DNA of 64,000 nucleotides from the IMG/VR virus record IMGVR_UViG_3300014775_001868, positions 3,061 to 67,060 of that record; one strand, given 5' to 3'. Below are positions 47,749-57,969 of the stretch, piece after piece (the first letter of the stretch is position 1; each line of letters begins with the position of its first letter). Under the pieces are notes generated by a model. The model saw nothing but the letters and a program-made list of their open reading frames with translations, was not told the DNA's origin and did no database searches. Source of the DNA: a virus (lineage: Duplodnaviria; Caudoviricetes). A program made the translations under genes and the position numbers.

Positions 47749-50301
47749 CTAATCTGTATTAACAGTAGTGGTACTAATTCCTGCTACATCAGTAATAAAT
47801 CCACTAGGAGCAAAAGTTGTATCTTCTGATTTATCTGACTCTATTATATCTTTTTTATCAGAAATAACAGGTTCAATTAAATTTTCTTTTATTTCTTTCC
47901 ATTCATAGGGTTCTTTTATATAATTAGAAGATTCTGTTGTATCACTAGAGTCTATATTTTTTATATCTGAATTTATAGTTTTAATTATTTGTTCTTTTAA
48001 TTCATTATTATCAAATAGATTAAACTCATTATTAATTTCAAATATTTGAACTATAGAATATAGTGTTCTATATATTCCAGATATAATAAGATCTCCAGCT
48101 ATATGATATGTACGTCTAATATCCTTAAATAATTCATAATTTACTTCATTATTAATTAAACATAATTTAGAAATAATTTCTTTAAATAATTCATCTTTAT
48201 TATCTATAAAATATTCATTTAATTTAAAAAGAATTAAAGTAAACTCAAAGAAATTTAAAATATATTTTATAAATTTTTCTTCCGATCTATAAGAATATTT
48301 TAATAAGAAAGGAAAAGCACTATAATAAGTTTTATCTGAAGTAGTTATACCTTTATACCAAAAAGGTATATGAGTAGAACTAGAAAAAGACTTTGAGCTT
48401 AATACTTTTTTATTTATTTCATCTATCTCATAATTTTCTTCTAATAAATATTCTAAATTTTTAAAATCTTTTTTAAGATCATCTAAAATAATTTCATGTA
48501 TCTCTAAGTTCAAAAAACCTTCATTTAAAATAATACTTCTTGTATAAGTTAAATATCTTTTAAATTCTGATTTTGACTTAAACTTATTATCTAAAATATT
48601 ATTTTCTAATTTATTAAAAGAAATATTAGAATTAAGAGTTATAGCAAAACCATCTCCATTTGTTTTTAAATCTAATTGATTTTTATCATTATTATTATTT
48701 TTATTATTAATAAATAATAAATTAGATTTAAAGGATAATAATTCTCTTGAAGGTCTCTTATAAAAGAAAGTATTAAAACCTTCTCCTATTCTAGAAGTTC
48801 CATCTAATTTACTTATTGAATATTTTTTAACTACATCTAAATTATAAGTATTATGATATGAAATATTATTAGATTCTTTTAAATATTTTAATAGATCAAT
48901 AGGGATAAATACTTCTTTATTTTCAATTTCTGTAGCAACTACTTTATTTTTATATAATTCAGAAGTTCCCGACTCATTTATTTCTTTTAAACTACCATTT
49001 TTTCTATTAAAATGAAGATCAAAATGTTTAAAATTATCATTTAAAACACTATAAATTAAATATAATTTATCATTTTCTCTTAATGATAAAGATAAATGAG
49101 GAAAAGTACTAATAGTGTAAATATCAAATTTATCAAAATCTATATTTTCAATATTAAATAATTGAAAACTTTTATTAATTATAGAATTTAAATATTCTAA
49201 TTCTTTTGAATCTTTATCAATATCTTTTAAATGAGTAAACCAAGAGATTTCACCTAAAATATCAGTATTTTCTTTATTTAAATTAGAATCTAATGTATCA
49301 GATAACATTAAATATAATTCATCATTAATAGAATTATTAAAATAATTTAAAGTCTTTTTATTTACAATAGTGTAATTAAAATTAAATATATCGGTTAAAA
49401 CTTCTTTATAAGTATAATCATCATAATCATAATTATCAAATTTACTTTTAAATAAATTAATTTGTTTTAATAATTTATTTAAATTAAATTTAGAAGCTTG
49501 ATCATATAAGAATTCATATTCAGGGAAAGAATAATCAGCAGCTTTTACTTTTATATGTACTTGATCACATAAATCAGAATTAATAGTTTTAGAAATTAAT
49601 ATTCCTTCTTTTTTTAATTCAAAAATATAATCATTTGCAAAAAAACTAAAAAATAGATTTAAATTTTCTTTAATAGTATTTAGATATAAATAACTTTTAT
49701 TAGAAATATAAGAGTGATTTAAATTTAATTTAATAGAATTTTTATATAAAGATTCATTTTCAAATAACTCAAATTCAAATAAAAAGAAAAAATCATTATT
49801 TGAACTTATTAAATAAAGATTATAATCATTATTAGATCTTTCTAAATATTTTAAAGAGTCAAAGGTTCTATTAAATAAATCATCTTCAATTTTATCTAAA
49901 AAATAAAAATTAAAATTATTTAGATAAATATGAATAGTATCTTCATCAATAATTTTTTTATTAAAAGAAAAAGGTAATAATCTATTATCTACTTCTTCTT
50001 GTCTAATAATATTAATAGAATTTTCAGAATGTTTTAAACGATAATTATTTAATTTTTTTACTTCAATAAGTAAATTATAAATTTTATCAGTTTTAAATTT
50101 ACTATTATTATTAATATTTAAATCTAAATTATTATTATTAATATAGACAGGGACTATATCTATATCAGAATCAAAGTCAAAATTTCTAAAAAAACTACTA
50201 TTATAATTTTTAAAAAGATTTTTAACTTCATTTACAGAATTTAAAACAGGAGTAATAGCTGCTCCATTTTTTTTATATAAACCTAAATATTTAACATCCA
50301 T
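47749..50301 (-). CDS. large hypothetical protein (Asn/Phe/Leu-rich)
   Basis: 850-aa ORF with no motif I recognise. Confidence 0.65.
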   Translation of the reverse strand: MDVKYLGLYKKNGAAITPVLNSVNEVKNLFKNYNSSFFRNFDFDSDIDIVPVYINNNNLDLNINNNSKFKTDKIYNLLIEVKKLNNYRLKHSENSINIIRQEEVDNRLLPFSFNKKIIDEDTIHIYLNNFNFYFLDKIEDDLFNRTFDSLKYLERSNNDYNLYLISSNNDFFFLFEFELFENESLYKNSIKLNLNHSYISNKSYLYLNTIKENLNLFFSFFANDYIFELKKEGILISKTINSDLCDQVHIKVKAADYSFPEYEFLYDQASKFNLNKLLKQINLFKSKFDNYDYDDYTYKEVLTDIFNFNYTIVNKKTLNYFNNSINDELYLMLSDTLDSNLNKENTDILGEISWFTHLKDIDKDSKELEYLNSIINKSFQLFNIENIDFDKFDIYTISTFPHLSLSLRENDKLYLIYSVLNDNFKHFDLHFNRKNGSLKEINESGTSELYKNKVVATEIENKEVFIPIDLLKYLKESNNISYHNTYNLDVVKKYSISKLDGTSRIGEGFNTFFYKRPSRELLSFKSNLLFINNKNNNNDKNQLDLKTNGDGFAITLNSNISFNKLENNILDNKFKSKSEFKRYLTYTRSIILNEGFLNLEIHEIILDDLKKDFKNLEYLLEENYEIDEINKKVLSSKSFSSSTHIPFWYKGITTSDKTYYSAFPFLLKYSYRSEEKFIKYILNFFEFTLILFKLNEYFIDNKDELFKEIISKLCLINNEVNYELFKDIRRTYHIAGDLIISGIYRTLYSIVQIFEINNEFNLFDNNELKEQIIKTINSDIKNIDSSDTTESSNYIKEPYEWKEIKENLIEPVISDKKDIIESDKSEDTTFAPSGFITDVAGISTTTVNTD

Positions 50302-50306
50302 AATAA

Positions 50307-50825
50307 TTAACCTCCTAAAGATTTAATAATATCCAAAAATAGATCTAATTCCATACAAATAAAATCACCTTGAGATTTACTTGAGGTGATAAAAAAATGT
50401 ATAAATTGTTTTTTAGCTTTAAGCCACTCTTTAAGAGTAGGTCCAAATAAATTTCTATTAGATCTTTTTTTTATTTCAATATTATAAGAATAGTTATTAA
50501 TAGTTAAAGTCATATCACCATCTTGAAATAAAGAACCTGATAGACTTGTTTTTTTATTTTTCATATTTTTTTTATTGAACTTTTTTTTTATATTATTTTC
50601 TATTTTTCTACCATCTTTATTATTTTGAACTATAGTATTTTCTTTTATTTCTGTTTTAGAGAAAGAAAACATAGGATGTTTTCCTATATTTTTTATAGGT
50701 TTATAATTATATTCAATTAAGTCTTCTGATTTTCCTTTACAAGTACTACAATATTTTCCATAATTTTCACAATTATTTTTAAATATAGGGGGGCAATTTT
50801 TTAATTGCTCATGTTTTATTAACAT
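50307..50825 (-). CDS. PD-(D/E)XK nuclease, Hjc-like resolvase
   Basis: GRKIE, SGS...GD and IEIK motifs; N-terminal Cys cluster. Confidence 0.65.
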   Translation of the reverse strand: MLIKHEQLKNCPPIFKNNCENYGKYCSTCKGKSEDLIEYNYKPIKNIGKHPMFSFSKTEIKENTIVQNNKDGRKIENNIKKKFNKKNMKNKKTSLSGSLFQDGDMTLTINNYSYNIEIKKRSNRNLFGPTLKEWLKAKKQFIHFFITSSKSQGDFICMELDLFLDIIKSLGG

Positions 50826-50867
50826 ATTAAATTATTATTTAAATAAAAAAATAAAAGGTTAATTTAA

Positions 50868-51239
50868 ATGAATGCGAATTATTTTTATTCAATAGTTATT
50901 ACAGATAATGAAAGTTTAACTTCATATTTAAATGATGAAGTATTAGAATCTAAAATAAATAACACCATTGTAGGAGATACTTATAAATTTACTAGAATGG
51001 ATATTAAATTATTACCATTAGCTAGTAAAAGTATAGATACTAATTTAATAAATATAGAATTATTATCAATAAATTCAGATATACCACTTAAAATAGAAAT
51101 CGATACTTCTGTAATAGAAAGTATCGATAATTTAGTATTAAAAAATAGTAATAAAATACAAACAGGTATTATAACTTTTACTTCTTTAGATGATACACAA
51201 ATTACAAATATTGAATTAATAGCAATAGGAGAACAATAA
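50868..51239 (+). CDS. hypothetical protein
   Basis: 123-aa + strand ORF within the - strand block. Confidence 0.55.
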   Translation: MNANYFYSIVITDNESLTSYLNDEVLESKINNTIVGDTYKFTRMDIKLLPLASKSIDTNLINIELLSINSDIPLKIEIDTSVIESIDNLVLKNSNKIQTGIITFTSLDDTQITNIELIAIGEQ

Positions 51240-51241
51240 AA

Positions 51242-51472
51242 TTAAAAATCTTTATCTACAACATCAAGAGATATATATTCTAATACATCTTTTATTATAT
51301 AAGGAGTCGGTTTAATTTTTAAATCATTAGGTAATTCAACTTGAATACGAATAGATTCTTGAGGTTTTAAAACGATACCATTAATATTTTCAGTAGTATA
51401 ATCACTTAAATCACCTTTAATACTAATATTATTAGGAGCTGTATTTGTAATAATACATTCTGTTGTTAACAT
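51242..51472 (-). CDS. hypothetical protein
   Basis: 76-aa ORF. Confidence 0.45.
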   Translation of the reverse strand: MLTTECIITNTAPNNISIKGDLSDYTTENINGIVLKPQESIRIQVELPNDLKIKPTPYIIKDVLEYISLDVVDKDF

Positions 51473-51840
51473 GATATTTCTCTTAATAAATAATTTTTAA
51501 TATGAGGATATTCTTGAATAAATTCCTCATCTTTATATAATATAGAAAAATCAATTAATTTTATGTTCATTGTTTTTGGATTACCATAAGCAGCTATATA
51601 TTTCCAATCAGTAGAAATAGGGGCACTTTTTTTTACTATATCCCATATTTTTGTATTTCTATTAGACACTTTTGTTCTAACACTATATAAAATAGCATTT
51701 ATAGTTTTATAAGGAATATCTTTTTGATATCGTTTATTATATTTCAAAAAGTGTTCTAATTTAATTATTTTTAATAAACCGGGATATCTATTATATTGTT
51801 TATTTGCTTTTAATAATTGTAATTTTAAATGCCCACTCAT
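51466..51840 (-). CDS. hypothetical basic protein
   Basis: Start reassigned to ATG at 51840 (MSGHLK) to avoid a head-to-head overlap with the fibre gene. Confidence 0.5.
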   Translation of the reverse strand: MSGHLKLQLLKANKQYNRYPGLLKIIKLEHFLKYNKRYQKDIPYKTINAILYSVRTKVSNRNTKIWDIVKKSAPISTDWKYIAAYGNPKTMNIKLIDFSILYKDEEFIQEYPHIKNYLLREISC

Positions 51841-51891
51841 AATTAAATTATATTTTTTAATATTTAATAATTCTAGATATATATAAACATT

Positions 51892-53127
51892 ATGGCTATA
51901 GTATATGCTGGTCAAGTAGCAAGACCTCTTACTTGTTCAGAATTTGATAATAATTTTAAAGAAGTATTAAAAAGAGAAAATCATACAGGATTTATACCCG
52001 CTACTCAAATATCTAATTTAGAAGAAGTAGTAGAACAATTTTCTTTTTTTACTGATTTACAAACCTGTTGTAGTTCTCTTACCCAAAGATTAAATTCATT
52101 AGAAGATGACCTTTTTGGTAATGGTCAATTATCTCAAATAATTGCAGATTTACAAGCACAATTAGATCAAATTCTTAATGATTTAGAAAGTTTTCTAAAT
52201 GCAAGTACTATAATTAATAATTTAAAAGATTGTTGTGATGATCATGAATTAAGAATAACTACTATTGAAAATGATATTATAGATCTTCAATCTGATATTA
52301 TTAATTTAAATAATAGTATTAATACAAAAGTTAGTTTATCTGGTGATGTAATGACAGGATATTTAGAACATCCTACATTACCAATAAATTATACTAATTT
52401 AACAACAAAAGGTACTACTAGTGTAACCATTGATTTCTTATTAAATTTTTTACCAATAGGTATAGTATTACCTTATTCAGCTGATTCTATAAATATAGAA
52501 GGTTGGGTTATAGCTGATGGTAGAGAAATATCTAGAACAACTTATAGTGATTATTATACTTTAGTTGGTACTACTTATGGGGTTGGAGATGGTATTACCA
52601 CTTTTAATGTCCCTGATTTAACCAATAGTTCTCCTATAGGATTTGATAATGTTAAAACTTTTGGTAGTAGTGGAGGAAGTGAAACACATACTTTAACAGA
52701 AGCTGAATTACCAAGTCATACGCATGATACTATTAATCATACTCATACTATAGGTAACCATACACATGTAGTACCAAGTCATAGTCATGGTGCTAGTCAA
52801 GAAGCTCATAGACATTCTATTTGGTCATCTACTGGTGCAAGAAGAGATGATCATTGTGATGGTATGACTTATGGAAATACAGGAGTTGGTGGTAAAAATG
52901 ATAGAGGTTTAGGTTATATAACAACAACTGGTAGTGGAACTAATATTATTACTGCTGTTACTCCTCGTGTTTCTGTAGGCGGTTCAGGTAACTTAGGAAC
53001 TACTGCTAATGGTGCTACAACTACTAGTTCTAATGGTGCTGCAACTACTACTGGAACTGGAAATGATATAGCTCATAATAATATGTCTCCTTATGTTGTA
53101 ATGTATTATATAGTAAAAATTCTTTAA
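51892..53127 (+). CDS. tail fibre with phage tail-collar domain and His-rich tip
   Basis: N-terminal LTCSEFDNNF; coiled coil; collar PIGIVLPY..GWVIADG..SRTTY..GDGITTFNVPDL; repeated HxH motifs; C-terminal HNNMSPYVVMYYIVK. Confidence 0.9.
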   Translation: MAIVYAGQVARPLTCSEFDNNFKEVLKRENHTGFIPATQISNLEEVVEQFSFFTDLQTCCSSLTQRLNSLEDDLFGNGQLSQIIADLQAQLDQILNDLESFLNASTIINNLKDCCDDHELRITTIENDIIDLQSDIINLNNSINTKVSLSGDVMTGYLEHPTLPINYTNLTTKGTTSVTIDFLLNFLPIGIVLPYSADSINIEGWVIADGREISRTTYSDYYTLVGTTYGVGDGITTFNVPDLTNSSPIGFDNVKTFGSSGGSETHTLTEAELPSHTHDTINHTHTIGNHTHVVPSHSHGASQEAHRHSIWSSTGARRDDHCDGMTYGNTGVGGKNDRGLGYITTTGSGTNIITAVTPRVSVGGSGNLGTTANGATTTSSNGAATTTGTGNDIAHNNMSPYVVMYYIVKIL

Positions 53128-53133
53128 ATTATT

Positions 53134-53880
53134 ATGTCTGAATTTGCTTATCGTTATTTAAATGAATCTGATGAATATGAAATATCTATCTATAATATAA
53201 ATATAGGTTTTTTAACTATACCAGAACCTATTTTTTCTATAATAGAATCTTCTTTTGTTAAACCTAATCCAACCATTAGTCAAATAACTTATCAATCAAA
53301 TCTTTTACATCAAGTTACATATTTTGATGGATCTTATGAAGAGTTAAGTCTTACTAATACAGAGTATGATAATTATATTAGTAATATAAGTAATTATAAA
53401 ATAGATTATGAAAATTATTTAAGTACACAAGATACTACAACTTTAGAACAAGAAAAAATAAATTTAATAGAATTAATTAAATTTAGAATTAAAGAATTAA
53501 TTGATAATATAATACCTACATCTTCTTCTTTTGAAAATAAAGAATGGTTTGATACTTTTTTACCAGAAGCTTTAGCATATGATATAACAGAAACAAATAC
53601 TGATGCTCCTAATTTAGTAGAACAACAATTAGTTATTTTAGATGATCCTCTTATAGATCAAAATGGGACTGTATTTAAAACAGCTTTAGGAGCTAGAGTA
53701 GATCAAATAGTAATAGATTATCAAAATTATTTAGCTGAAATGAATTTTTATATAGGTAAAAGAGAATATTGGGTTAACTATATAAATAATTTCACTCAAG
53801 GTGGTGGTGAAACTGAACAAGAAGCTATTGATAGATTAAAAGCAATTGATTGGGAATCTACTTTAGTTTATACTCCTTAA
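53134..53880 (+). CDS. probable tail fibre assembly/chaperone protein
   Basis: Directly downstream of the fibre gene; helical C-terminal half ending in AIDW. Confidence 0.5.
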   Translation: MSEFAYRYLNESDEYEISIYNINIGFLTIPEPIFSIIESSFVKPNPTISQITYQSNLLHQVTYFDGSYEELSLTNTEYDNYISNISNYKIDYENYLSTQDTTTLEQEKINLIELIKFRIKELIDNIIPTSSSFENKEWFDTFLPEALAYDITETNTDAPNLVEQQLVILDDPLIDQNGTVFKTALGARVDQIVIDYQNYLAEMNFYIGKREYWVNYINNFTQGGGETEQEAIDRLKAIDWESTLVYTP

Positions 53881-53898
53881 TTATTAATATATATCTAG

Positions 53899-53932
53899 AA
53901 AAAAAAGAGAGGAAATAACCTCTCTTTTTTTT
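53899..53932. terminator. bidirectional intrinsic terminator between convergent genes
   Basis: A8-GAGAGG-aaataa-CCTCTC-T8. Confidence 0.85.
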
Positions 53933-53935
53933 AAT

Positions 53936-54190
53936 TTAAATTAAAGCTTCTTGAAAGACTCTAACTTTTCTATTAGCATTAGCTAAACTTTTTCTAAAAT
54001 AGTTATTTAATTTTTCCTTTAAAGAATCATCTAAAGAATCAAAAGTTATTTTTTGATATTTTTGTTCTAATAAATAATCAGGAAAATTTTGTTTTATATA
54101 TTCTATATAATTATCTTGAATAGAAATATGTATTAAAGGTTCTGAATTAAATTTTAAAATTATATGATTATTTTTTTTATAAACATTCAT
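53936..54190 (-). CDS. hypothetical protein
   Basis: 84-aa ORF abutting nrdB. Confidence 0.5.
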   Translation of the reverse strand: MNVYKKNNHIILKFNSEPLIHISIQDNYIEYIKQNFPDYLLEQKYQKITFDSLDDSLKEKLNNYFRKSLANANRKVRVFQEALI

Positions 54191-55318
54191 TTATAATTCA
54201 TCCCAACCTGGAATAGCAGAAGCCATATTATAATCAACGATAGTAGTTTCAAAGAAATTATCTTTATTAACAGATACGCCTTCACCAGACATATCTTTTA
54301 AATGAGGATAAGGATTTTTGACATTTTCATATATAGGACCAATATTAAATACAGATAATCTTAGATTAGCTAAATATTTTGTATATTGTCCAATAGTTTG
54401 AGGTGTTATACCTAATATTTTATTATTTATAGTAGTAGACATAAATATAATTTCTTTTTCTACAGCTTCTTTAATCATTTCTATTAAAATAGGATAACCA
54501 TTTTCTATTTTTTCTTCTTTAATATAATGTTTAATTATTTTTTCATATAAAGCAACATGTAAATTTTCATCTATATTTATTTTCTTTATAACTTTTTCAG
54601 TACCAATCATAAGATTTCTAGAAGATAAAGTGTAAAAGAAAATAAAAGAATTATAAAAATAAATAGCTTCTAAAATATAATTAGCACATAAAGCTTTAAA
54701 GAAACTTTCTGGAGTTTGTTTATCTTGAAAGTCTTGATACCAATGACCTATATACAAAGTTCTTTCATATAAAGGTTTATAATTTTTAAATTTATTATAA
54801 GCTTTATCTTTTCGTTCATCGCTATCAAATATAGTATTTAAAATATATTGATAAGATTGAGAGTGGATTTCTTCAAAGAATGCTTGAGTAGCAAAAGCTG
54901 TTACTACTTCTGATGCTGTAAAATAACCACTAAAATTAGCTGAAATGTTACAAGTTTGTATTGAATCTAAAAAAATAAGAAAAGATAAAATAATTTCATA
55001 GACTTCTTTTTCATCAGATGTTAAAACATTGTTATAACATTCTTTATCCATAGTAATGTCAATCTTTTCTGGTCTCCAGAAATTATCTAACATTACTGTA
55101 TTTATAGTATAAATATCTTTATATTTAATTCTATTTAATTGAATTAAATTAGTAGTAGGAGCACCAATTAATCTTTTTTGAGTATCATCTCCATCTGGAT
55201 TAAATATTTTTCTTTTTTTAACTTTAGGGGTAATTTCATTAATCATAATATTTAACAATTTAATAATTATAAAAAGGAAGTATAAAAGGGAGTATATATA
55301 ATATTCTCTCTTTTTCAT
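54191..55318 (-). CDS. nrdB: ribonucleotide reductase class I beta subunit
   Basis: FWRPE, FLDSIQ, EEIHSQSY (radical Tyr), LEAIYFYNSF, DENLH, FFE. The true start is possibly the internal Met (MINEIT). Confidence 0.95.
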   Translation of the reverse strand: MKKREYYIYSLLYFLFIIIKLLNIMINEITPKVKKRKIFNPDGDDTQKRLIGAPTTNLIQLNRIKYKDIYTINTVMLDNFWRPEKIDITMDKECYNNVLTSDEKEVYEIILSFLIFLDSIQTCNISANFSGYFTASEVVTAFATQAFFEEIHSQSYQYILNTIFDSDERKDKAYNKFKNYKPLYERTLYIGHWYQDFQDKQTPESFFKALCANYILEAIYFYNSFIFFYTLSSRNLMIGTEKVIKKINIDENLHVALYEKIIKHYIKEEKIENGYPILIEMIKEAVEKEIIFMSTTINNKILGITPQTIGQYTKYLANLRLSVFNIGPIYENVKNPYPHLKDMSGEGVSVNKDNFFETTIVDYNMASAIPGWDEL

Positions 55319-55324
55319 ATATAG

Positions 55325-57517
55325 TTAAGAACTACACATAGCACAATCAGCTTCAGTAACAGCTTTGGTTCTTATATAATATAAAGTTTTACCACCATTT
55401 CTCCATAAATCAAAGATACATTCTTTAATATAAGGAGCTGTTACATCTGGATTATTTAAATCAAATGCTAATTCAAAAGAGATACCAGTATCAATATAAG
55501 GTTGAATCAATTTAGTCATAATATTAACTAAATCTTTCTGTGGGAAAGATAAATTAGATTGATAATAATAGATTCTATCTTCTATATAATAAGGCATAAT
55601 AGGGGCTCTATTTGAAGATACATCTCTACTAAAAATAGAATAAGGAGGAAATATAGAAGCTGTACAACCTTGTAATAAACTAGTAGAAGTAGTTGGCATT
55701 AAAGCAGTAACTTGAGAATTTCTAATACCACTTTTCAATAATCTTTCTTTTAATTGTATCCATTTATTAGGATATTTAGAATTTTTTTCAAACCAACTTA
55801 TATCTTTACCTATTAATTTACCTTGAGCCCATAATGAATTTTCATAAGCTTCAAAAGGTTTTAAACCTTTTTCACATAATTCAATAGAAGCTTCAGTACA
55901 ACTATAACCAAAAGTTTCAAATAATTCAGCTATAATTTCTTTTCCAGTATTATAATTTTTCCTATGAAAAGCTAAATAATCTGCTAAACCTAAAACACCT
56001 ACTCCAATAGTTCTATATTTATCATTATGTTTTTTACCTAATTCTGTAGGTACTTCAGTTATATTTATTAAAGCATCTACAAAATATACTGCTAATTTAG
56101 CTATTGCCATTACTTCTTCTAAAGTAGTTGTTCTAGATAAATTAACAGCAGCTAAATTACAAACATGTATAAGTTCATCTGCTATTGTATTACTAAATGA
56201 TTCTACACAAAGATTAGCATTTTTAATCATGCCATCTAATTTATTAGGATTAACTTTATTAGCATTATCAATAAAGAAAATATAAGGTAATCCAGTCTCA
56301 ATTTGTATTTGCATTATACGCACAAATAATGAATGTGCATTTAACACTTTAACCATTTTTAAATTATCAGCATGAGCTTTCAAAAAAGTTAAAGCTTCAT
56401 CTAATTTTTCTCCCCATAAATTAGGAAGATCAATATTATAAATTTCTTTTACTTCATGAGGACAGAACACATACCAATTTTCTTTTTTTTCTACAGCCCT
56501 CATAAATTTATCACAAGCTATAACTTGAGGAAAAATATCAAAACTTTTATTTCTAAGGTCACCTTCTTCTGTTTGAATTTCTATAAATTCTTCAATATCA
56601 TAATGCCAAGTACTGTTAGAAACAGTAATAGCGCCTTTTCTAGCTCCTAATTGATTACAAGAAACAGAAGAATCATTAATTAATTTAATCCAAGGTGTAA
56701 CACCATTAGAACGTCCATAATAACCTTGAATCGAAGAACCTCTAGCTCTTATAGAAGATACATCTATACCTACACCACCACCATTTTTAGAAATAAAAGC
56801 GGCTCTTTTTAAATTATCATAAATGGAATCTAAAGAATCATCCATTACTAAAGTAAAACAAGAACTTAAATTTCCTTTAGGTCTTCTTAAATTTAAAAGG
56901 ATTGGTGTAGCAGCTGATAATTTTAATGTACTAAAAGCTGTATAAAATTGTTTATATAATTTAATTCCTATATTTTTTTCTATTTCTAACCCCGCAATAA
57001 TACTAATAGTTAAAAATAATTCTTGTGGTAATTCTAAAGGCATTAAATATTTCTTTTCTAATTGTTGGGCTCCAGCATAATCATAAAGAAAATCTCTTTG
57101 AATATCGAATCCAACTTCATTAAAAATTTCTTTAATTTTTTTCTTTGTTGCTAATTCAAATATATCTATATATTTATTTTCCCTAATCATCATTTCTAAA
57201 AAAGAAATATAGCCTTCTGCGGTTCCATATTCTATATCTTCTCTTTTTAAGAATGCATTCTTCCAAATAGATTGCATTAATAATTTACCAGCTACTTTTC
57301 TCCAACTAGGTTCTTCTAAACTAATAAAAGATTTAGCATGATAGATTAAATTATTATGAATGTCACTTGTTTTTACTCCATCAGTTAATATAGTATCTAA
57401 AGAAGATTCTAATCTTATTGGATTTGCATTTTCTTTTTCACAAGCCCACTCTACTACTTTTCTTATTTTTTGAAGATCATATTCTTCTTTAGAGCCATTC
57501 TTTTTGGTTACTAGCAT
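55325..57517 (-). CDS. nrdA: ribonucleotide reductase class I alpha subunit with ATP cone
   Basis: ATP cone VTKKNG; ATPIL, LSSC, GGGVG, NLCVE, CNL, GVGVLG, MPTTSTS, LYY, C-terminal CAMC. Confidence 0.96.
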   Translation of the reverse strand: MLVTKKNGSKEEYDLQKIRKVVEWACEKENANPIRLESSLDTILTDGVKTSDIHNNLIYHAKSFISLEEPSWRKVAGKLLMQSIWKNAFLKREDIEYGTAEGYISFLEMMIRENKYIDIFELATKKKIKEIFNEVGFDIQRDFLYDYAGAQQLEKKYLMPLELPQELFLTISIIAGLEIEKNIGIKLYKQFYTAFSTLKLSAATPILLNLRRPKGNLSSCFTLVMDDSLDSIYDNLKRAAFISKNGGGVGIDVSSIRARGSSIQGYYGRSNGVTPWIKLINDSSVSCNQLGARKGAITVSNSTWHYDIEEFIEIQTEEGDLRNKSFDIFPQVIACDKFMRAVEKKENWYVFCPHEVKEIYNIDLPNLWGEKLDEALTFLKAHADNLKMVKVLNAHSLFVRIMQIQIETGLPYIFFIDNANKVNPNKLDGMIKNANLCVESFSNTIADELIHVCNLAAVNLSRTTTLEEVMAIAKLAVYFVDALINITEVPTELGKKHNDKYRTIGVGVLGLADYLAFHRKNYNTGKEIIAELFETFGYSCTEASIELCEKGLKPFEAYENSLWAQGKLIGKDISWFEKNSKYPNKWIQLKERLLKSGIRNSQVTALMPTTSTSLLQGCTASIFPPYSIFSRDVSSNRAPIMPYYIEDRIYYYQSNLSFPQKDLVNIMTKLIQPYIDTGISFELAFDLNNPDVTAPYIKECIFDLWRNGGKTLYYIRTKAVTEADCAMCSS

Positions 57518-57660
57518 CTTTACAGGTTTATCCTTTTCAAAAATTAAATTATAAGTTTAAAAAATTTATCATATATTTTCTTTTCTATTTTAGGCAACTA
57601 AATATTAAAAAAGAGAGAGAACTGACTATCTCTTTTCTATTAGAAATATTAATAAAAGAT

Positions 57661-57969
57661 TTACATATAATCTTTTATTTTTTCTTTAAAAGATTCTATG
57701 AAAGCTTGTCTATCACTGTTTTTCAAGAGATTAGAAAGACTAAATTTAATGGTATAAAATAAACCTATAAGTGCTAAGAAATCATCTAAGAAAGGGATAG
57801 CATGAATAACAGCGATAGTAGTAATTAAAACTTGTAAAGATACAAGAACTAAAATGATATAAAAAGTTTGCTTGATTTTAATACTTTTGATAAAAGAAGA
57901 AACAGAAGCTAAATATTTTTTATATTCATCAAAAATATCTTCAGTTTGATTTTCTTTAGTATTTTCCAT
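57661..57969 (-). CDS. curT: CAAD/CURT1-family thylakoid curvature membrane protein
   Basis: VSLQVLITTIAVIHAIPFLDDFLALIGLFYTIKFSLSNLLKNSDRQAF matches the CAAD consensus ISVKILIAVLDAINDIPLL..LQLIG.GYT.WF..RYL.KA..R.EL. Confidence 0.82.
   Translation of the reverse strand: MENTKENQTEDIFDEYKKYLASVSSFIKSIKIKQTFYIILVLVSLQVLITTIAVIHAIPFLDDFLALIGLFYTIKFSLSNLLKNSDRQAFIESFKEKIKDYM

Noticed and set aside
51841-51915. N-terminal extension of the 51466 ORF
   Set aside because: Would overlap the divergent fibre gene head-to-head; the internal ATG at 51840 is more plausible.
56456-56650. 64-aa + strand ORF
   Set aside because: Antisense shadow within nrdA.
57607-57636. Possible terminator between curT and nrdA
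   Set aside because: The GA-rich/TC-rich arms pair only partly; too weak to call.
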